From positions 38,998,001 through 39,062,000 of the forward strand of contig OZ249439.1 of NCBI GenBank assembly GCA_965235115.1: a stretch of 64,000 nt of DNA, read 5' to 3'. Each line of letters begins with the position of its first letter. The stretch's first letter is position 1. Source of the stretch: Laetmonice hystrix. Lineage: Eukaryota. The notes beneath the pieces were generated by a model. That model did not search any database. It was not told the origin of the DNA and saw nothing but the letters and a program-made list of their open reading frames with translations. Position numbers and translations under genes: made by a program. Positions 1 through 10,503 of this stretch are shown here, in pieces.

Positions 1-539
1 CAATGCTGGAGGTTTCCCAGATTTAACAAACGCCTCGATTATCACATCATACATGCCATATATCACAGACCAGCCTAGGGTCTTCTACCTGCTTTGCGGG
101 AGGTTTAGTAAAATTTTGCGAGAGATTGGCTCATTTTGGGCAAATAATGTGGAAGGTTCTGATTACCTGTATTTTTAAAACACCATGGTAAAAAAAGGAA
201 GGTTCCGCTGATTGTGGCTATTTATTCCACGTTTGCGTCAATTTGAGTCAATTAGATCCTAATGAACGTGGATTTAAGGGGTAGACGTAGGCCTCTAAGA
301 TCTATAGTTTTGGGTGAGAAAGCACTGGGCTCGCGGCAGTCTGATAAAGTTCACAATGTTTTTGAACGCAATTCTATTCATGACAGTGATTCTGTTTTCT
401 CCAGTGTATCGGCTCCTCGCCATTTAAAAAAGAAAAAGAGTGACAGTTCTGACAGAGTTAAAGTCCTATTTGAGATTTCTAAATCAATTTTATCTCTTGT
501 GAAAATTCGTACTAAACCACCTTCAGAACCTAATGCTCA

Positions 540-690
540 ACCTACTGTTCTGATCCTTCTGCTGTCTGGGCGGGATTACTGGCCCTCAAACTAAATGAGA
601 TGGAACCACGTACAAGGAAATGGTTTCAACTGAAAGTTGACATCATGGCTCTTCATGCCATCGAGGGAGATTGGAACTCAGACACCTGAG
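540..690 (+). pseudogene. Possible C-terminus of a Harbinger-type accessory (MADF-associated) protein
   Basis: DPSAVWAGLLALKLNEMEPRTRKWFQLKVDIMALHAIEGDW resembles that helical tail. Resemblance only. Confidence 0.25.
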
Positions 691-1176
691 ATCCTTGTAC
701 CTCATATGTTTTATGATTGTTAGATGTTATTTAAGATCATGCATTTGAGTTCAGAGAAATCATACCAACCGCTGTATGAAAATCTGATACTAGTGAACAA
801 ACATAGATGTCAGAATTGTTCTTTTCTGTCCTTTCGTTCACTTTTATACGTAAGCAAGTAATTAGATTACAAAATATACCATGTCAAATTTTAACACAAA
901 CTTTATTTCATATACAATGACTTTCATTCTAAAATACGTGTTATAATGAATTATATTTGACACATCACTTCTAATTATTAAACGTGAGATCTGATAATAT
1001 ATTAAAGGTTATATTCCCAACTTTAGTCCATATATGAACCTTTGTGGCAAGTTTGACAATGATTCGTAGCACGGTTTATGAAAAGTTCAAAATGAGTGTG
1101 TGACTGAGTGGTGGCGGTGCCAGCTATACGTTCAGAGATTCATTCAAATTCCAGTGGACAATGACGTCTAACACAT

Positions 1177-1801
1177 TGTAAAATGCGATGTGTAGAAGTG
1201 TATACACTTTGTATTACTATACATTATCAATTATGTGCCTTTATGTGCCTTATATAATATCGATTATGTGCCTTATGTTACCATTCATATAATCTTGTAT
1301 CTTATATATTATATAATCGTATATTTCACATAATCTTATAATATTATCATTTATATATTTTTGTATCCTACATATAATATTCTTAGAGTTAAACCGCCTA
1401 GAATCACCTGTCAGTGTACATTCAGTCGTCACGAGCCGATCGGGATCGGGAGTGTTTTAATGGTCAACGTGAACTCAAGAGGGGTGAATCATTTTTATTG
1501 CTTGTTGTTGCTTGTGAGAAGAGTGACCCTACTGAGGCGACGGGGGTTTGCAATAAAAGGCGGTTGAGCCAGGCAGCAGGTACGCATTTGCCGATCACTT
1601 TTCTACCGGAGCATGATCCGAGACTTTACTCGGAGCACTTCACCGAGACAGATTCTACAAAGCTTCTAGCTTGGGACGCCGCTGCCTGGCGACACCATGT
1701 TTTAAACGGTACATCATTCTTATGTTTTAAATTCATCAAGCAAGTGTGCGGCAGTGTCAGGAGTGGGACGACAGGCTCCTGACACAGCAGCACATTTTAC
1801 A
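1177..1801 (+). repeat. 5' LTR (625 bp)
   Basis: TG...CA ends with a 9-bp terminal inverted repeat. AATAAA at 1552-1557. Bases 1620-1801 match 9589-9770 with about 5 substitutions. Confidence 0.88.
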
Positions 1802-1802
1802 G

Positions 1803-1820
1803 TGGCGAGCTCACCAGGAT
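1803..1820 (+). promoter_or_regulatory. Primer-binding site, tRNA-Arg-like
   Basis: TGGCGAGCTCACCAGGAT lies 1 nt after the LTR end. It matches 14/18 to the complement of the tRNA-Arg(ACG) 3' end as recalled (TGGCGAGCCAGCCAGGAG). Confidence 0.65.
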
Positions 1821-2293
1821 CAGCCTCTGGTGGGGCGCTGCAGTGCCGTCAGGTGCTCCCCATCAGTGCCGCTGGTCCATGTGAACCCTGTCGTCGAGCG
1901 TAGCTATCGCGGAGCGGTAGCGGTCTCGTCATGCTCCGGTGACGCCAAGCTAAGGTGAAGTGACTTATTTTTTCACGATGATCATATTGGGGGAATCAGT
2001 TCTCCTGGGTGACTCCGAACTCCCGGATGAACTTATAGACTTGGCGGACGCAACAATTGCCGAAAGAGGTTTCTTTAGTTTTTGGTTTAGGATTCTTGGC
2101 ATTTGGGTGCAAGCCACAGTTATATGTCCCCTGGTTTGCGGTTACGTCATTACTAGCAATGGGCGGTGCATAACGTACAACCTGGAAGACGCCAATGGTT
2201 CTGTGCGGGACAGTAATGAAGATTGAGTTTTTCCTTAATTTTTCCTTAAATTGCTCACGTTTATAGTGACTGTTTTTGTAATTAATAATCAAT

Positions 2294-3182
2294 ATGGCGG
2301 AGGACCGTCGGGAAAAGCAGCTTTCTGGATTCCTCTAGTCTATGCCCCTGACTGACGGGTCTAACCAGGTCCAGTTGGGAGAATGGTTAGATAGAGCGGC
2401 ACTGGTTGTTGAATATGTTCCGGGGATGGACCTCGTAATGTTTAAACGTTTTTTAGTTAAGTCTGCTGCCGGGTCCTTGCTGCAAGATGTCCGTCGCTAT
2501 CAGGCCGAAGAAGCGACTCCGGCCACGTTAGTCGCTCATTTGCGAGAAACCTTTGTAGATGCCAGCGAGGCCGACCGCCGCATCTGACGCGGACAGTTAC
2601 GCACAGTCGCCATACCAGACTGTGTCCGATTACATCGCGCAATACCGATACCATTTTAACCGCGCGTATACAGTGGAAGACACTCAAAACGAGAAATTGC
2701 GCCGGCGACTTATTCGCCAGTTCGTTAACGGGCTGACCGACGAGGCTCTTCGTATGAGCGTCGCTGCCGAGCAGCCCGAAACAATGGAGGCTGCCTTTGA
2801 ACAGGCGCGCCTCGGGGCGAACGCGAGGTTGTGGGTTCGCCAAGCTCCCACCCGCAGGGAGGAGCCCATGGATGTTGATGCAATACCACCCCTGAGCGCA
2901 GGTAAAAAGGGCAGTTCCGCGGAAGGCGACCTTGAGACTGTAGTCTCCAAAGTTGTCGCGAATCAACTCCGCGGTTTCCAAAAACAACTCGGGCAGATTA
3001 TGAATCGCCTGCCTGAGGGTTCCGGCCATGATTCACAGCGGTCGCGGTACAAAACGACCCGACCCTCCGACCAGTCCAAATCGAGCATTCGGTGTTACGG
3101 TTGTGGTCGCCTTGGCCACATTAGGCGCGACTGCCAGGCCCAGGGAAACGGGCGGCTGGTTGTAGATTACGTACTCTGGTAG
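2294..3182 (+). pseudogene. gag: gag (retrotransposon gag domain + CCHC zinc knuckle); in-frame stop at 2336 and a frameshift near 2583
   Basis: MAEDRREKQL...; LIRQFVNGL; EEPMDVD; CYGCGRLGHIRRDC zinc knuckle. Confidence 0.9.
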
Positions 3183-6100
3183 ACACAGGCGCTGCCCGCA
3201 CACTGTTACGTAAGAATAAGTGGGATATATACCGACGCGCTCGCGGTCTCCCCACTTATCTTGAGCCTGCTGATCCTATACGTTCGCTTAGCGGTGATTT
3301 ATTATTGCCCGCGCTAGGTGCAAGGGAAATCACCATCTGTGGCCGTTCAGTACCCGTTATTGTCTAGGAACTACAACACGACTTTTTGTTAGGAGACGAT
3401 GCTTTGCGCCTTTTACAGGCAAAACTCGATTTGTATAGCAATACCGTAATTTTAATGGGGCCGCCGCCGTACGTGCTAGGGACACAGCTCGGGAGGTTGC
3501 TGAAGCCTCGCTGTCAGCCCTCGATTTCTGGAAGGCGGAATTTCCTGATGTTTTTGGCCAACCAAGGCCGCTTGGCTGTAAAGTTGATGTGGAATTCGAA
3601 ATTGAGGTAGAGGAACGTACTAGGCCGATCTGGCAGCGCCCATATAGGGTGCCGCTTACAAAAAGGGCGGTAATTGACGAGCAAGTTGCCGATATGCTCG
3701 AGCAGGGAATTATACGCCCGTCCTCATCGGCATGGGCTAGTCCCGTTACACTCCAGCCGAAGAAGGACGGCTCAATGCGCTTTTGCGTCGATTACCGTGC
3801 CTTAAATTCAGTCACAAAGAAAGATGCCTATCCTTTACCTCGGATTCAGGATATTTTTGATTCGCTTACTGGAGCAACCATCTTTAGTTCCTTAGATTTA
3901 AAAAACGGTTTTTTCCAGCTACCGGTCGCTCCAGAGTCAATACCATACACTGGGTTTGTCACGCCCACTGGTCTTTACGAATTTTTGCGAATGCCGTTCG
4001 GTGTATCAAATGCGCCAGCTTTTTTCCAGCGCGCTATGCACTCTGTCCTCGGTCCATTGTTAGGTACGTGCGTTCTAGTATTTCTGGACGATATCGTCAT
4101 TTTCAGTCGCAATCCCGACGATCACGAGCGCGATGTGCGTGCCGTTTTTGAGGCATTAAGGTCTCACGGTCTTACAGTTAAGGAATCGAAGTGTACCTTT
4201 TGCGAACCATCTATAAAACTTTTAGGGTACGTTGTGAGTGGTGATGGAATATCCCCTGACCCTGAGAAAATCTCTGCCCTCCGCGATATGCCAGCTCCGA
4301 CCGATGTGCGTGGTATACGCCGATTTTTAGGAATGGCTGGCTATTACCGTCAGTTAATACCAATGTTTTCGCATCACGCGGCACCTTTAGTGCACCTTAC
4401 GCGTAAACACAGTAGGTTTATTTGGTCGGATGAGTGTCAAGCCGCTTTTGACCATTTAAGATATGCGTTGACGAGTGATTCGGTTATGGCGTACCCTCAG
4501 CTTGATGCGCCATATAAGCTGTATACTGATGCCAGTCAGTACGCGGTTGGCGGTATTTTAACGCAGCTCGATTCCAATAACATAGAACGGCCGGTACAAT
4601 ATATTTCTAAAACCCTTAATCATGCACAGCAACGTTGGTCCGCTATTGAACGAGAGGCGTTTGCTGTTGTTCACGCCCTGACTGTCGTCAGGCCCTATCT
4701 TTATGGCGCCGAGTTCGAGATTTTTACGGACCATAAACCTTTAAAGGCGTTGTTCTTAAGGGAAGTCCAGAATACTAAGATCCAGTGGTGGAAAAGTTTT
4801 ATTGCCGAGTATGGTGCACCTATCCGGTACACAAAAGGATCGAACAATGTGCGCGCCGATATGTTGTCCCGCATAAAAGTTGTTGACAACAGTCCGGTGG
4901 CGGTCATCGACGCTGACGTGGCCGCAAGTGATCCCCACGATAACTCGATACGAGCCGATGGTTTGGATCCTGCTATCGTTAGTGAGCGAGTAGTGGTGGT
5001 TTTGCGCCGTGTCGGCATCCGGGGCCATCCTCACGGCGAAAACAGAGTTATAAGACCATAAAATCAAAGGAACCTATTTTATCCCGGGTCCCAACGGGAA
5101 CACCACCAAAACACATCTATAAAAGAGTCAGAAGTCCAGCCTCTACCTTTACCTGCTATCGATGCACAACGCGCTCTACCGGAATTCGGCCAATTAGGTA
5201 TTGATGACGAATACACCCTCCATGATGGGTATTTGTGTACTCTACGACCTCCCTCAGGACAGCTCACTTACCCCCGCGGTTTATTACCGCCTCAGTTTCG
5301 GTCGACGGTGGTTAATAACGTGCATGTGACGTATCGGACACCAGGGTGGTCGTAAAACTTTGTATTGTGTACAGCTCACTTATAAATGGCCAGGCCAGTG
5401 GCGGTCAGTGCAGAACGATGTTTACCGATGCGCACTGTGTCGTGTGCATAGCGAGAGACGGCACTACCCGCCCCCCTCCGAGATGCCTGTTGCTCATTAC
5501 CCCGGTCAGGTCATGGCCTTAGATATTGTTGGCCCTCTGACGCCCACCCGTTCGGGCATGCGATACTTATTGACGGCTATTGGCCATAATTCCGGTTGGC
5601 TTGATGCTACCCCTATCAGGGCTAAGTCACAACAGGAAGTTTTTCATTATGTTAAGAATCAACTTGTCCCTCATTACGGAGCGCCCGAGATCCTTATCAC
5701 GGATCAAGGTCTAGAATTCCGGGGCTGTGACTTGGAGGCTTATTTAAAGTTGATAGGTACCGACCACCGACCCCTATCACCCCCAGACTAATGGGAAGAT
5801 TGAGAGAGCGCATCGCACTCTAAAATCTCTCCTACGTAAGTTAACCAACTGTAACGCTGAGTCTTGGGAGGATGAACTGGGTGCCGCGCTGTGGTCGTAC
5901 CGGATTACCCGTCACGACGCGACTGGGTTTTCGCCTTATTTTCTGCAATACGGGAGAGAACCGCGGGTTCCCCTGTCTTGATTTTTATCGGCCCGACCGC
6001 CTGATGACGCAGACACACTGCGCCGTTTTGATGTTTTGGCGGATGCTTTCCATCTCTCGGCGTCAAATACCGAGAATTCTCGCCGTTATAACCGGCAACG

Positions 6101-6587
6101 TTTGGAGGCGCGCGCTTCCGCCAACACGACTCAGATTGGGGATAAAGTACTCCTCAAGGTTAACGAACGAGCACCGTTAGATCCCCATTGGGATTACTTA
6201 TATACTGTTGTGGCTGTGCGCGGTCCTGTTGTCACCGTGACCGGTCAGCGGTCTGGTGCCAGGAAGACCCTTAACCGTGATAAAATTTTATTGGTTGACC
6301 CTGATTTGGACTGGGACGATGTGAACCCACGAGTCAAGCGTCACCGCCGACCTCCCCATTTACCGCTCGAGCGGCGCCGACTTGCCCCTCGCGACGACGG
6401 TCAGCCGCGGCCGTCATGCAGCTCAGACCCTCCAGTGACCCATAACGACCCCCAAACAGTTAATTTGCCCCCCGTGACCGGTACCATTCCCGACCAACCA
6501 GATGTGCCCCCTGTGACCCGTGACGACCTTGCTCAACCCGATGCACCCCCTCCCATGGACGTGGATCCGCCTTGTCTTGTCTTGTGA
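3143..6587 (+). pseudogene. pol: pol: aspartyl protease, RT, RNase H, integrase; disrupted
   Basis: LVDTGA at 3176-3193 in the -1 frame after GGGAAAC. Intact RT/RH ORF 3589-4978 (RFCVDYR, MPFG, VFLDD, LYTDAS, TDHKPL, ADMLSR). Integrase motifs ALDIVGPL, ITDQGLEF and NGKIER. LINE insertion at 4979-5151 plus frameshifts. Confidence 0.93.
4979..5151 (-). mobile_element. 5'-truncated I-clade-like LINE 3' end inserted in pol
   Basis: Matches 6910-7080, 10146-10395 and 17797-17960. (ACTC)n tail on the minus strand. 10-bp TSD CCTGCTATCG at 4969-4978 and 5152-5161; excision restores the pol frame (DPAIDAQR). Confidence 0.85.
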
Positions 6588-6668
6588 TCCGGACCCCCCT
6601 CATTCTTCTTTGAGTCAGCGCCATCCTTGCCTGGCGAAGAAACTTCAGAACGCTTCTATCAACTTATA

Positions 6669-6909
6669 ATGTCACTTTTAACATTTTGCTTGTTAGCCAC
6701 GGCAGTGGTTTGTGTTTCAACAGAGGATCTCCTTGCTCATGATGGAGTGCTTGTCGTACCACCACAGGATGCCCGCGCCACTTCAGCCATATGGCGGGTC
6801 ATTGTTACTCTTCACCCGCCAACCTTTCTTTTCCCGATGAACGGCTGGATCAAGATTATTGATGGTGTCATCGATGCTCATCACGATTATTCGGATCGGT
6901 CTACCAGGG
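6669..6909 (+). pseudogene. env: env copy 1, N-terminal 80 codons, truncated by a LINE
   Basis: Signal-peptide-like MSLLTFCLLATAVVCVS. Near-identical to the env starting at 9073. Confidence 0.8.
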
Positions 6910-7438
6910 AGTGAGTGAGTAAGTAGTGGTGGTTTTGCGCCGTGTCGGCATCCGGGGCCATCCTCACGGCGAAAACAGAGTTACAAGACCATAAAATCAA
7001 AGGAACCTATTTTATCCCGGGTCCCTACGGGAACACCACCAAAACACATCTATAAAAGAGTCAGAAGTCCAGCCTCTGACAAGAACTCTAAAATCACTCC
7101 TGGTCTGACATTGCTAAAAAGATCCTTAAGACCCGTCTCATTATAAAACCTTTGTCTGATGAGAGTAAAATCACCACATTCGAGTAAAAGATGCTTCAGT
7201 GTCAAAGGACATTGACAGCCATAACATTCAGGAGGCGGCTCCCCCTTCAATAAAAACACGTGGGTTAATCTAGAATGACCAATCCTGCATCGAGTAAAAA
7301 CAATTTCATGCCTCTGTTGGGTTAGGCCATGATGATACCTTTGATTTACGATGGGACTGATCTGATACAATTTATTGTTTGGTTGTTCATCCCATTCGGC
7401 CTGCCATTTGTTTTTAACATAAGCCCAGATGGTAGGTC
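6910..7438 (-). mobile_element. I-clade-like (Nimb/I/Loa group) LINE 3' fragment with C-terminal CCHC finger
   Basis: Minus ORF 7050-7445: RCRIGHSRLTH...PPECYGCQCPLTLKHLLLEC...ILEFLSEAGLLTLL. Followed by a 3' UTR and an (ACTC)n tail. Confidence 0.85.
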
Positions 7439-9073
7439 TAACCAACTGTAACGCTGAGCTGGGTGCCGCGTTGTGGTCGTACCGGATTACCCGTCATGAG
7501 GCGCCTGGGTTTTCACCTTATTTTCTACAGTACGGCAGAGAACCGCGGGTTCCCGTCTCGATTTTTATCAGCCCAACCACCTGATGACGCAGACGTGGTG
7601 CGACGTTTAGATGTTTTGGCGGATGCCTTCCGTACCTCTGCATCAAATACCGAGAATTCTCGCCGTTATAACCGGCAACGTTTGGAGGCGCGCGCTTCCG
7701 CCCACACAATTCAGATTGGGGATAAAGTTCTCCTCAAGGTTAAAGAACGAGCACCGTTAGATCCCCATTGCAGGGCTCGATCTTCCCATTTTTTGCCACT
7801 AGCCAGCCGGGCTGGTGGCTGGCAAAAGTCACTAGCCCGTGACAGATTTCACTAGCCCGAACAGAAAAACTATAACTAAATGATCATGATGCTATATCTA
7901 TGTCATGACATTGCCAATCATGGCAATGTCACAATAGATCATTTTATTGTCCAGAACCACAATTAACTGTCCCTGGTTGATTCCACATGATGAGTTTTTG
8001 TTAGTTTTTTATTTGACCGCAAATCTGCCCAAGGTCAATGGCGTCAAAAAACCGGAAGGTAATAAGTTAGGCTAGTCTATCATTCGTTTACCTCCCCCGG
8101 GTATTAAGCACAGTAACATGTAACTGTTGTACGTAAAGTTAATTTGCATACGTGGGTGAAAGCAAGCGTTGGCACAGCCTAAAAGCAAAGACAAAACTCT
8201 GCTAAAATCAATTTGCATACGTGAGCTTCCGCTAATCCAGCATCAGTTACCCTCCCCCGGCTGCCACAGAGCAACAGATACTCTGTGGTAGATAACAGGT
8301 TAATTTGCATACGGGAGTGAAAACAATTGCTGGCAAAGCCAATGCAAATGATGCAGGTCACCACAACCCACCAACCCTTTACAGCATCAATGAACTCTCT
8401 GCCATGGCGGTGCGACGGGCGACTCCACCTAAAGTAGGGGTGTCAGGTTGCCAGCTGCCTGCCATGGGGGGACATTCACGGGGGGAAAGGCTGCCAACTT
8501 CTACTCGCCAGCCGGGCGACTAGACTGGGATTTTTCAGTCGCCGGAGCCGACTTTTCACTCGCCACGGATCCCGGGCGAGTGCGAAGATCGAGCCCTGCC
8601 ATTGGGATTACTTATATACTGTTGCGGCTGTGCGCGGTCCTGTTGTCACAGTGACCGATCAGCGATCCGGTGCCAGGAAGACCCTGAATCGCGATAAAAT
8701 TTTATTAGTTGACCCTGACTTGGATTGGGACGTGAACCCACGAGTCAAGCGTCACCGACCCCCCCCCCCCATTTACCGCTCGAGCGGCGCCGACTTGCCC
8801 CTCACGACGACGGTCAGCTGCGGCCGTCATGCAGCTCAGAACGACCCCTAAACAGTTAATTTGCCCCCCGTGACCGGTACCATTCCCGACCAACCAGATG
8901 TGCCCCCTGTGACCCGTGACGACCTTGCTCAACCTGATGCACCCCCTCCCATGGACGTGGATCCGCCTTGCGGGACAAAACGGTCTTGTGATCCGGACCC
9001 CCCTCATTCTTCTTTGAGCCAGCGCCATCCTTGCCTGGCGAAGAAATTTCAGAACGCTTCTATCAACTTATAA
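7439..9073 (+). pseudogene. pol: Second copy of the integrase C-terminal region (paralogous to 5842-6669)
   Basis: Aligns to 5842-6669 with roughly 8-12% differences by eye. Interrupted by a MITE at 7771-8598. Confidence 0.88.
7771..8598. mobile_element. Non-autonomous hAT-type DNA transposon (MITE) with 6-bp TSD
   Basis: 15-bp TIR CAGGGCTCGATCTTC / GAAGATCGAGCCCTG. TSD CCATTG, confirmed against the empty site at 6185-6190. Confidence 0.88.
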
Positions 9074-9588
9074 TGTCACTTTTAACATTTTACTTGTTAG
9101 CCACGGCAGTGGTTTGTGTTTCCAGAGGATCTCCTTGCTCGTGATGGAGTGCTTGTCGTACCACCACAGGATGCCCGCGCCACTTCAGCCATGTGGCGGG
9201 TCATTGTTACTCTTCACCCGCCAACCTTTCTCTTCCCGATGAGCGGCTGGATCAAGATTATTGATGGTGTCATCGCTGCTCATCACGACTATTCGGATCG
9301 GACTACCAGGGCCTGGTGGCGTGTGCGTTTGGATAGGCTTGGCGGCCTGATCAACCACCCTGCCCGTCGTCGACGTCGTGCCATCCTTGGCTTTATTGGT
9401 GACCTTTCACGTATCATTTTTGGCACTGCCACAGAATCGGAACTCCGTGACGTTTCTCGGATTGTGACGAGTCTTAGTTCCGATGTGGAGGACGTCATTC
9501 ACAACACAAGGGAACTTTGGACCATGTTAAACGGTACGAGCAACTACGTCCAGCAGAATCGCGACCTTATAATTACGATGGAACTGAT
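9073..9588 (+). pseudogene. env: env copy 2: class I (baculovirus-F/errantivirus-like) fusion glycoprotein ectodomain, frameshifted near 9120, 3' part deleted
   Basis: Signal peptide, then a furin-like RRRRR followed by the fusion-peptide-like AILGFIGDLSRIIFGTAT and a heptad-like helix. Confidence 0.85.
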
Positions 9589-9770
9589 GAGACTTTACTC
9601 GGAGCACTTCACCGAGACAGATTCCACGAAGCTTCTAGCTTGGGACGCCGCTGCCTGGCAACACCATGTTTTAAACGGTACATCATTCTTATGTTTTAAA
9701 TTCATCAAGTAAGTGTGCGGCAGTGTCAGGAGTGGGACGACAGGCTCCTGACGCAGCAGCACATTTTACA
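9589..9770 (+). repeat. 3' LTR remnant (last 182 bp)
   Basis: Matches 1620-1801, ends in CA, followed by the ACAT TSD. Confidence 0.88.
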
Positions 9771-10145
9771 ACATGTTTAACTCCGATGTACTTCTTGAAG
9801 CGAATGTGGGTCACTAGGGCACTCTAACCATAGGCCTAAAAGATTATGCATAGTCATTGGCACCTCCTGTGGATTATGAGAGAGGCTGAATATTTTTAGT
9901 TTGTAGCCCTACTTTGGATTGATAAGGCATTGTAATAACACCGCCTTGGTGGATAGCAGCATCGTGTCGGTGGATACACAAAATTTAGCATCGTTGGGTT
10001 ATGAATGATGACCAACCGACATGGGCCATCGCAGATGGAAAAAAATGCATTTAATCAGACATATGACGAAGTTGATTTTTTGCCACCCAGGTTGAATTTG
10101 TATGGGATGGGCCATAACCAGATCTAGAGGATTTAATGGAGTAGG

Positions 10146-10395
10146 GAGTGAGTGAGTAGTGGTGGTTTTACGCCATGTCGGCATCTGGGCCATCTTCACG
10201 GCGAAAACAAAGTTAAAAGACCATAAAATTAAAGGAACCTATTTTATCCCGGGCCCCAGCCGGAATATCATTAAAACACACTCCATCCTGTCAGCTGAAC
10301 AGGGCTATGATGAGCCTGAACTAGCCTGATGAGTCCAGCCTCTGGCAAAAACTCTAAAATCACTGCTAGTCTGACATTGCTAAAAAGATCCTTAA
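10146..10395 (-). mobile_element. Diverged I-clade-like LINE 3' fragment
   Basis: Homologous to 6910-7130, with more substitutions and a ~50-bp foreign insert at about 10281-10330. Confidence 0.8.
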
Positions 10396-10503
10396 TGATC
10401 AGTTAGGAGGGAAGTGGGAATAAACTATTTGATTTGGTTGTTGGTCATAAAAATTGTCTCAGAACGGTTGCCAATAAAACCTTTGTTTTTCAATTTACTT
10501 TCA

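Larger units (their letters stand above)
1177..9770 (+). mobile_element. Ty3/gypsy (Metaviridae) LTR retrotransposon with env gene (retrovirus-like), degenerate and carrying nested insertions
   Basis: Starts TGTAAAATG (1177) and ends CATTTTACA (9770). 4-bp TSD ACAT at 1173-1176 and 9771-9774. Order is LTR-PBS-gag-pro-RT-RNaseH-IN-env-LTR remnant. Confidence 0.92.

Noticed and set aside
1414-1782. THAP-like motif (RLYSEHF) in ORF 1414-1782
   Set aside because: It lies inside the 5' LTR, and the THAP C2CH cysteines and the conserved W/P pattern are absent; treated as coincidence.
2866-2880. PMDVD motif present in both Gag and the integrase tail (6552-6566, 8947-8961)
   Set aside because: PM-D/E-x-D is common in gypsy Gag, and a 5-residue recurrence in a Pro-rich tail is too weak to call functional.
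10281-10345. Hammerhead ribozyme core CTGATGAGTCC inside the LINE fragment's insert
   Set aside because: No downstream GAAA core or closing stems; the GTCC belongs to the resumed LINE sequence.
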